This document shows, piece after piece, positions 12,235 through 22,233 of a stretch of DNA of 64,000 nt. The stretch is from Pocillopora damicornis. Lineage: Eukaryota. Below the pieces are notes generated by a model. That model searched no databases. It was not told where the DNA came from and worked only from the letters and a program-made list of their open reading frames with translations. A program made the translations under genes and the position numbers. Where the stretch lies: contig NW_020846005.1 of assembly GCF_003704095.1 (NCBI RefSeq), positions 310,001 to 374,000 on the forward strand, given 5' to 3'. Position 1 is the first letter of the stretch; every line of letters starts with the position of its first letter.

Positions 12235-12306
12235 TCCCATATGGTCTAGCGGTTAGGATTCCTGGCTTTCACCCAGGCGACCCGGGTTCGACTCCCGGTA
12301 TGGGAA
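12235..12306 (+). tRNA. trnE-TTC: tRNA-Glu(TTC)
   Basis: TCCCATATGGTCTAGCGGTTAGGATTCCTGGCTTTCACCCAGGCGACCCGGGTTCGACTCCCGGTATGGGAA, 72 nt, anticodon arm CCTGG-CT-TTC-AC-CCAGG. Confidence 0.95.
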
Positions 12307-15300
12307 CAGTGTAAGGTGTTACCGGTGTGATCATTTCAAAAAAGGAAATTTTTCGGCACGAATTAGTTCAATTTTTTCATGCTCTTAATTAAAAGTCATA
12401 ATGATCTTCAGACAAAACCAAGCGAAGCTTTTTCCCTGCTATCGTGTGTTTTTTTAAAAAAATCATATTTTCAAGAAAAATAGTTAATACCCTTTGACCG
12501 TTTTTTAATGTTTATTCATTATAAGAAAGTAACAAAATAAACGACGAAATGATATTCATATGAATGGATAGGTGAATTTAAAGATAAATTTTTATATGAT
12601 AGCAGTCACATCTAGTATGATCACAAAGAAAAGTTCCCTTTAGCTACCAGATTTAGTGATGGATAGTTCTGACCCAACTCCAGTGGAAACTATCAATTTT
12701 GCATGCATACTATTTTCATTGTAAGTTTCTGGACATGAAAGCTAAATTATTTGAAATCACTTTAATAAACGAAAGAATAAAAGCTTTTTATATTTTTGAT
12801 TGAAAAAAACCGATCTCGAGTTTCGATCTCTTCCAAAGGATCCGGAATCGATCCTGTGTGTAATCTGTCTTGGAAACCTTAGCCAAGTGTTTGTTGCTGA
12901 GGTCAGTTTTAATGTGCGAAAATCAGATTCAAGCTTTCAGGATGTCAAGTGATGCAAAAGGGTTACTCTCTCAAACTGCAATTTTCAAGGTGGAGTGAAA
13001 AAAATGATGTCTTCGTGAATTCAAATTTACAATCACGATTAATTAAATTTTCTCGTAGTTTTGAAATCTGCATGACTTAGCGAATGTGTCTTTCTTACTT
13101 CAAAATTTTTAGATTCTAAAGTGAATTACATAATTTTTGCTAAAAAAATACAAAGAAGCCTTAAAGATTTCAATTCAAGCATTTTTATTTTTGTCTATGT
13201 TTATGTTATTTCTCGAAATCCCTACGCGCCACCAAAGATTTCTTTTCCTCACCTTGGTTTTGTGTAATAATCTTGGATCAAATAACTTTTTTCCGGAAAC
13301 ACATGAATTGGATTTCTAATTCCAAACCATTTTGTGGGAATGCACTTCAAAGAATAACAACAACAAAAAAATACTTATTAATCTTAAGCATGTGGTTATC
13401 AAAAACAGAGAGGATATACATAACACCTTGTTAGATTTGGGTGTGCGGACAGCAGGAAACAAAGAACATTTTATTGAGCGATATTAGTTTAAAATTACCT
13501 TTTCTTGCAAGAACCAGTTACTTGATTCACGAAACTTCTATAGAAATAGACTCGTCATTGAAACTTTTCTAGATGAGCGTTGAAATCAGCCTGAACGCTT
13601 TTCATCGACTGTTGCAATTTGTAAACTGTCGACTCAGTGTACGATGAAATACATGTTAATTGAGAGGACAAGTAATTCCATTCTTTCCGTTCTCGGTGCC
13701 GACACTAATTAAAAGCAAGTAATTGCTGCCCAGACTATTCAAAGCCTGCACAATAAGATCTTTAAACCAAAAAAGCTTTACTCGGTAATTTGGAACTCTC
13801 AGTTTTTTTTTTTTTTATCTCAGTGCACAAACTGGTCAGCATTTCCGGATATCTTAGGCGTTTTTCGTGCGTATGGGAAGAATCTGAAAGAGTTCCATAC
13901 GATATTTCTCACAACTGAGAACTGTGAAATAAGTAACGACTGATATCTTCAAGCAACCATAATTTCCGTGGTTTGCGTCAAGTTGCGAAAACCGAATTTT
14001 CTTCGAGGAGGTTCTTTGTCCCGCGAAATAAAACAACGGTACAACAGCTCTAACAATTTGTTAATTTAATAAATAAACGCCTTCTCTTTTCAGTTTCTCG
14101 TTAGTGAGCCATTAATCATTCCGAGACAACCAGACTGACAGAAAAGATTCAGCTATTTCTACTGCTGAGTAAAAATACAGACGTGAGAACATTCTCCAAC
14201 ATCGATAGCCACACACTTTGGAAGTTGATGATACAATTGTCTAAGAATGGATGCCGCGATCATTCGTTTGCAGTTCAAGTATAGAATGCATACTTCGTGC
14301 ATGCTTTGTACGTTCAATTCTGAAATTGCGTAGCAAAGGAGGCGCAGTCTTAACCGAGTTTATGATAATCGTTGACTAGGATCTCGTCGGTCATCACAAA
14401 AATTGTTATTCAAAACATCACATGGATGTTAGAATAACACTCGGATGACGAAGCTCCTTTAAAATAACAAACCATAGAAAGCTGGCTAGAATAATATACC
14501 TAATAATTTCACTAGAAGTTAACAAGAATTATTTGTTTGTAAGAACGCAACATTTATTATTTTAGGGCCTAGGGCCTTAGGGTTTCTGGTGGCCTAGAAA
14601 CCCAATAAACTTGACTGTCCTATTTAAATCCCTCTTTCGTGTTAAAGGCGCTAAACGAAAATATGATCAGTGCAAAATCTTTTCGCCATGCGGGGAGATT
14701 CCCATAAAGTCCTTAACCCTACTTACATACCAATTTAAAGCTAACGCAGGTGATAAATTCCTTACGGCAAGTTTTCATGTCATCGAGTCTCTATAGTGAG
14801 TTAGCATTGTTCGAAGCCAATCGCTTCGTAACGTTGATTGAAGAACTTTGGCCTAAGTACAACCTTGAGTGTTTGTATTTATTTACAATCCCCAACGCGC
14901 AAGCGGCATTACTATAAAAGTCAATATGGTGACTGACTGGCAGGTTATTAATCATAGGTCAACAGGTGATTCCACAAATGAAAAACATTTGCGCCAGCGA
15001 GACTCCATTTGGAACACGCGATAAAAGATTCCGTTTGTGTCATGTGCTGAAATAGTTGTAGACCGACCGCCAGTATTTTAGCACCGCCCCTTAGCGTTTT
15101 CCTCCTCGCGGGATACTGATCAAAGAGACTGACGGAGATTTATGGCTCAATTGCCATGAAGATTTATTGCAGGTTATCTTAACACTTGTTACAGTGTTGT
15201 GTTTCATTCAGATCCCCGGGAAAGCTTTTCAATATGGCTAAAAATGACATTAAAGTACTTCAAAGAAAAATCGTCAATAAGGGCCTGTAGTGCGTGCAGA

Positions 15301-15535
15301 GTAGGAGACACTCCTCTCCGCTTGAGTTTTCACCGTCTGTTTAGCAAGTTGTCTGGTTTAATGTATGTGCAGAAGGTGCATGAAAAATTACCCACCAAGT
15401 ACTCTGCACTCGACAACGTTGAGGTCATGAACCCAGAGTGGTACTTGATTCTGATTGGTGGAAATGGGTCACGTGAAGCGGTAAAAACTCCCTCCACTAG
15501 TCGATTTGTCATAACTCATGTTGTTAAGGGTTAAG

Positions 15536-15851
15536 ATGTCAGGCCCAAATAAATCATCTTCGACAAACATGGCCCGTCCGTTGCTTTATCCAACATCGGC
15601 AGAGATTTATGCTCAGCAATACACTTCGCAGCTGTCCTCGACATTTGAGCGCCAAATCAATTTGACAGGGAATTATTTTCCCTTTCTAGAAGTTTCAACC
15701 CGGAGAACTTCAAGCCAAAATTACAACACCCCGCCATCACGACAGAGCTTTCATGGTGAAGACACAAGAACGACCTTGTCTCATCAAACAACGCCGATAC
15801 CAGACTATCTCCTTCAGCCAATTTATCCGTGGATGAAGTCAAAGAAAGGCG
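15536..15851 (+). CDS. Anthox8: Hox gene Anthox7/8 (HoxC/D-type), coding exon 1 with YPWM hexapeptide
   Basis: In-frame ATGs at 15518, 15536 and 15569, so the start is uncertain. Ends ...QPIYPWMKSKKG, then donor G|GTAAAT after 15851 (phase 1). Confidence 0.8.
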
Positions 15852-16716
15852 GTAAATCGGACTTTGGATTTGGTAGGTCATCTTTTTGGCAACTGCTGAT
15901 AACCTTATTTTTCTTTTGGATAACTTGTCCGTAGCTTTTTAGCGTGAGATGAAATCTGGAGGTTTTTTTTTTTTTTTCCTGCGGCTTAGAAGAAAGCGGA
16001 ACAAAGCTAATCCGGTTTTCCTTCATTCACTTGGCGCACGACGACTCAATAGTTGACTTGCAAACATTGAATGACCTTTTCGAGATTTTAGAATGGTTCG
16101 TTTGTCCTCTATTATATAATATTGAGTATCTCTTCTGTCAAAAGGGCGGAGGTTTGAAGAGTAAGATGTCTCTTCTGATTAATGAAGTCCGCATTGAGCT
16201 AATTTTGTTGCTCGGTGAGCTAATAGATGCTAACGAAAGATCGCATGTTGACATTCATTTGTAACAGGCAGTACACGGGGATGTTTGCAAACATCTACCT
16301 GACATTGTTAGCATGTTGAGACGTTCTCATTGGTGAGAGAGTTTGTTTGATTATGGGACCATGTGCCTATTGAATAACAAATAGACATCCCATTAGATCT
16401 GAAGTGAAATCTTCCTTTACCCGAATTTAAAGCTTGAACTTTGAGCAATTGGGGCGGAAGAGAACTGTTACTTATAAAGTAAGTCGTTTCTTAGATGTGG
16501 GATTCCGAGTCATTGTTCTATTTTAAATTGCCTTTTCAAATTTCTATTCATTTCACACCAGCATTTAGTTCTGATTTTCAAAATTGCGTTCGAACCCATG
16601 GCCTTGGACAGTTCGTTTACGCTAGCTGTTTCCCCTCGCATATTGTCATTTAAAAATGCTTTGCTTTTCTTCAATGAGAGCTTTCTTTTCATGTCTCCTT
16701 TATTTCAAATTTTCAG

Positions 16717-17045
16717 GCCAGAGACAAGCGAAGCGGCACAGAACGAGTTATACGAACAAGCAGCTTCTAGAATTGGAGAAAGAGTTTCACTTCAACAAGT
16801 ATCTGTGCAGTTCTAGAAGGAGCGAGATTGCAAAGACCCTTAGTCTGTCTGAACGACAAGTCAAGATCTGGTTTCAAAACCGTCGAATGAAATGGAAAAA
16901 AGATGAAAAAGTTAATGAAGGCTCCGAGAAAACTAGTCCGCGATTTATGGACACCCAAGAAACACAGCGACACATAATGTCTTGTTCCCCTCTCTGCCAT
17001 TCACCGCCCGTTCGTCAAGCGTGTCAAGCTGAAAACTTTCACTGA
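16717..17045 (+). CDS. Anthox8: Hox gene Anthox7/8, coding exon 2 (homeobox 16728-16907)
   Basis: Acceptor TTTTCAG ending 16716. Homeodomain [60 protein letters not shown] matches anthozoan Anthox8/HoxD (PG2-like FNKYLC). TGA at 17043-17045. Confidence 0.9.
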
Positions 17046-19861
17046 TAGTGTGAACAGAAAGCAACGGTACGAACAAGTCTCGTTCAATACGGAGACCAAT
17101 CTTTTGTGGACATTGCGGTATGTTAATTATGGTAACATTGTACAAATTTGAGCGTTATTTAATGGAAGGAACTCTTGTTAGCAAGGATCAGTACCTTTCC
17201 GCCTTTTCGCGTTTCTAATCCAGTGTTAATCCATTTCAAAAGGCCAATCGACACCATATTTCCTTTCTCCTTGTTAAAGGTGTGAATAGTATTGGGAAGA
17301 GCTTACGTCTTTAGAGTTCCTCGCAAGAAATTATTTATTGAATGTAATTTTTCGTTTGTTGCCGCTAACGCTGCAATATGGAGTTTGTACAAATACTCGA
17401 TCCATTCACAAAGTCAGTTGAAGTTCATTTTAGTGCACAGCAAGCGCGCTGTTTTACTGCACACAGACAGTCGGTGAGATTTTCTTTGTTTTTTAAGAGA
17501 TTCACAGCCGAAAAATTTTCACCTTCGCCTTTCCGCTATCTTGTTAGTCGCATTCCAGAATACCACCGACCATGCATGATTCCGCCAAACAGTTTCAGAT
17601 ATGTTCTCGTTTTCTACGTTTATTGCTTCGAAGGATAACTTTAAAATACAGGTCACATAGCACTTGTTAGATGTTACTCTCCTGTAGGTAATAAAAGATA
17701 TTTTCATACGTCTCTCTATGTATACCTTGTTTGTCGCTGTTTTAGTCGTGAATTCTACGAGCGTAAGGGAAGTATGAGGCACGCTTTAGGAGCTGTCTTT
17801 CTGAACTCTTCTATTTTAAACTGTCTTTATTTATTTCTATGGGCACTCTACGGCATTCGACTTCAGTAAAAGAGAAATTGTGTTGATAGATTCTTTAATT
17901 GAAACAAAGTCCTAAAGCTAAGTTAAAGGCAACGTTTTAAACTTAACGAAGTGAATTCTTTCCATTAGAAAAGAGTACGCCATTTTGATGGCACTTCCAT
18001 CTTCTTATCATAGTTATATAAAATACTTGCCTATCAGCTTTGGTAAGAATTTAGGAGAATAACTTCCTCATAAAAAAATTACACAATATTGTCCACAAAA
18101 CAGTAGTGACAGTGCCACTCCAAAGACAGCTCAAATGTGCGATACAAAGCAGCCATTGATTTTCATTAAAAAACTCTCCATAACAGTCACGGTTTTCCTT
18201 CTTATCCAGACAAGCAGTACCCTGACTGTTTCCGCTCATCTCTAAGTAATAATTTCGTTCAGAACTTTAAGTGAAAATCTAAATTTAACTCTTTTGACAT
18301 CCAAAGACGATCGTCTAAGACGTGTCAGGGTTCATAAATCACTGAAACTCGCGGGAAGCCATCTTGTCTGACAACAAAGGGAACCGTAACTGCAAATGCA
18401 AACGAAAACAGCCAGCGTACTTTGTGTGATGGAGAAGAAATTGTCCTTGATGAGGAAAGGCCTACAAGAAATTTGGATGAAAAGTTTGCAATGAGAGTAG
18501 AAATGAATAATAAGTAAACTCAAAAATGAAGCGGCGCTTTGCCATCAAACACCTATTTACACAACTAGTGAGCAACTCCTATTCAAAATAATTTCAATTC
18601 AATCTTTACTTCAATGGCAGCCAAACCTTTCACATTTGTGCTGCAAAATCTTGATTGACGGTTGCAAATTATTGTACAACATATAAGAAAGTAGACCAAT
18701 TCCGTCAAAGGCAATAATTGCTCAACTACTCAGAGGTGAAGATAATTATACTTTCGCAAAGAGGTCATAAATCACTGAAAACTTCTGTCTGTGTTTGTGC
18801 TAAACCATTTACCTATCTAACGACAATTCTAAAACTGAAATCGCTTTTAATTGCTCTATTCTGATATCTAGTCGTAGTTTGTTCACTACAGAGACGTTAT
18901 AAGGGTAGTTATAGGACAAAATGTTTCCTTTCTCTCAAACGAAAGGAGATAGAGTGAACCTTAGAAATCTCACGTTTCAAGATATGTCTTGAACTATGAG
19001 TTTCTTGATAAATTCTTAATTTAACGTTTACTAAACTAAAACCAAAGTTATTTCCTGTCTAAGCAGAAAATACCCGATGCCAGTCAAAGCTGAGTGCTTT
19101 AATTGGAAAATGGAAGAGTCAATTAATTATAGTGTAGAATTATTTGTCGTTTTCCTTGGGTGAGTCTTATCTGTCTGCAGTAGATGACCGCCATTGGCAG
19201 CGAGGGAGCCCTTTGCACGCCTAAATATTTTAACAAATGAAATACCATTAAACATGACATTACTTGATTTAAAATTCAGCAATAAGATTTGGTGATAACT
19301 TCTGTACTCAGGACGAATAGTTACGGGCAATTTAATTATCGCCTTTGCTGGATTATAAAACGAATTTACAATTCAGTTGTTCTCCGATATTGAGTTCAAA
19401 AATATCTTAATTGTGAAAGTCTCCAGTTTAGCCAAAAAGTACCTATTTTATGGTGGAAATTATAAGCTTGATGAGCGAAAATAGCAGAATATTCATATAC
19501 TAAGTAATAACTTCATGAGATGCTCCTTTTAAAGAGGGATGTTGGAAAGGATCGTAGAACTGATTCCTTCTCCCTTGTTATGTACCATTTCAACCACGCA
19601 GTAGTTTCATGCAAACTGATTTCTTTAATCTACAGTAGCTTCCTTTCGGAGAAGCTCGTCCGCATTTGCTGTATTCATTTGTAAATAAAATCGAGCTATG
19701 CCAAAGGTTTCGTCCGACCACCGTGAATAATAATAAATCCATTCCAATATTTACTACGTTACTCTCCTTGGTAATACGTGATATCAAAGTTGCCTCCTGT
19801 CGCCACAGCAAGCTTTTTGAAGTCGTTAGATGTAACGTACTCTCGAAAGAAAATGTATAGA

Positions 19862-19961
19862 NNNNNNNNNNNNNNNNNNNNNNNNNNNNNNNNNNNNNNN
19901 NNNNNNNNNNNNNNNNNNNNNNNNNNNNNNNNNNNNNNNNNNNNNNNNNNNNNNNNNNNNN
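19862..19961. other. Assembly gap (100 N, size probably arbitrary)
   Basis: Run of exactly 100 N. Confidence 0.99.
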
Positions 19962-21037
19962 CTACTTTCTCTAAGATAACCATATTTTCAATTTTCTTTT
20001 TTTATGGGTTAACGAAAAATTATGAGGTGTAAAAAATATTTTAGGCGCCTTGTGCGTGATCACAACCGAGGTTTCAATAAACAGGACCTGGAAAATGGAT
20101 GGAACAAGTTGACATGCTCATTTTTCATGTCAGAGACGATGTCATTAAGGCGCCTTCATACCCGAACACAAGGTGTAAGATGCTTCAGGTTTTCCAAAGC
20201 CTTTTTCCGCCAAAGACCCAGAAGCTTCCTCTCTAGAAAGTTTCACTGCCCCACAAATTTAATCGATGAAATGAGATCAGTCGAACAGTGATTTACAAAG
20301 TGGTTCTGTTCACGTTTCCCTGTGGGAGTTTTACAAAATTGTGAGTTGTTTACTTTGAAATCCAACTGAGGAAGCCCAAATAAACTAAATAATCAGAAGG
20401 TCAATAATTCTTTGAATGTTTGCGCTGGCTTCGATAAAAAAAGTAATTGTTCATGGCACATATACAAATCACATAATTTATTTTGGAAAAGGTAAACATA
20501 GTTTTGATCCTGCTTGAGCGTTTGCCGGTTTTCGCCCTCTAGACCACACTTATCAAATGGAGTATTTATCATCAAGCTTAAAGAGAGCTTTTCCAGGTTA
20601 ATCTCTAATTTCCTGTGTTGGGAATATTTCAGTTCCCTTAAAAATACATCGTATCGCGTATTGCCCAGTCGGTAATAGGATGCCTTCTTTACGTAGGCGT
20701 CCCAATTGTCTGCTCTCAAGGGCTAAACTTTTAGCGAGAAAGGTCAAGTTAAAAAAAAAACGTTATGGAGTTTTTATAACTTATGAGAACAAATCTAGAA
20801 TATTTAGAGAGCCAATTATAAAGCTGGAAATTCTGGGACTGTTCTGTTACGTTAGACGAGAATTTTGGCTCCTTATTGTCTCGAGATCTTCAGATTAATC
20901 TAATAAATACCTAATTAATTATACTCTTTCGGAAGGTGTCAAAGCGTATCTCGTAGAGGAAAGTTCAAACAAACCAAAAACGAGTCCTTCACTCAACCTT
21001 CCGGTTGTGAAATAAAAACAAATCATTTCTCTGTCTG

Positions 21038-21051
21038 GTAACTATGGCAAC
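21038..21051 (+). promoter_or_regulatory. RFX X-box-like motif
   Basis: GTAACTATGGCAAC fits the GTNRCY-N-RGYAAC X-box. An ETS-type CTTCCGG lies at 20998-21004, and an ATG and a strong donor (CAG|GTAAAC) follow immediately. Confidence 0.5.
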
Positions 21052-22233
21052 ATGAAGACAAATGCAACAGGTAAACAAGTTATCTGATTCCTCCGAGTTT
21101 TTAGTTCTACTCTTTTGTATGATTAAATACTGAAAAATCCGTTATTTAATCAAAAGTACGCTATGAAGACCGACTGGATATTTCATGATACCTGTGGACT
21201 TTGCTTACTTTCATGTCTGCCTCGGACATCAAAAATGCCGCAGAAAGGTTTTGTGTGGAAGAATCATTCATTCTTTCAAGAAAGACCAAGACGTTGCCGA
21301 ATAATTTAATTTCTTGCAGGTTTTGTAATGAAGAATCATCAATTTTTTTTAGAAAGACCAAGATATTGCCGAAGAAACTAATTTCTTGCAGGAAACCAAA
21401 CCATGGTATTACCTGCCAACGTTTTGTAACCAAATCGGCCCATAACATTTTGCATTTCATTACGTGACAAAAATTGATGCCCATCAAATTCAACCCAATT
21501 CATTTCATACAATCACTACATTTTTTAGTAACAGCAGTCGCAAAATACACTATTGACTTGAACTAAATGAAAACAAAACGGTTACATTCAAATGCTCTAA
21601 GATTATACAAAAAAAGTCCCACGATGCTTCCACAGAAGCGAAGAAACTAATAAACAAAACTCCAAGTATAGAGAGTACAGGTAAGTAATCAGTTTGACAT
21701 ACCACTTATCATAGTTTTTTTTCTCCTGAACTGTAGTATTTTTTGAGTAGAAATTGAGTTTCGCATGCTAACTAAGTTGATCAATAGCCGTTATTATTTG
21801 GTGTTTAAAATTTGTAAACTATTATGAATTCTAAGAAGATTCATTATAGCAAAAAACAGAAGTATGTATGATACAGTTTGATTTTCATATGAGGAACAAG
21901 TTTTGATTTTAAAACTACATGCAAAGTTTGTGATGGGTTGTTATTCTTTGTTGTAATATCAATTTATGTCAAATGAAATGAATTTAATTGTCTCGTTGTT
22001 GTCTTTGTCCCGAACTGAAAGGTACGTTGAAAAGATCGCAAAAACTCATTATTTTTGGAAAGGAAATTAGGAAAATGAAATCTCTCTCTTTAATGCAACA
22101 TTCCGGTTTTTAAATCTGCAACTCTGAGTACCTTATTTCTCTTTACAGCTTTCAAAACACTGACCATAGTACGCAAAGGGGAATGGCGAGGAGCCCCTTT
22201 GCCATAAGGGTTTTGTTTTGTCTTTGGACCTGA
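21052..22233 (+). other. Candidate small spliced gene (micropeptide or lncRNA)
   Basis: Putative exons 21052-21070 (donor GTAAAC), optional 21392-21405, 21602-21680 (donor GTAAGT), and 22149 onward (acceptor CTCTTTACAG). Both joins give open 56-60 aa ORFs. No recognisable homology. Confidence 0.3.
21246..21392 (+). repeat. 72-bp tandem duplication (2 units plus start of a third)
   Basis: AGGTTTTGT..GAAGAATCAT..AGAAAGACCAAGA..TTGCCGAA..TAATTTCTTGC units start at 21246 and 21318; AGG recurs at 21390. Confidence 0.85.
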
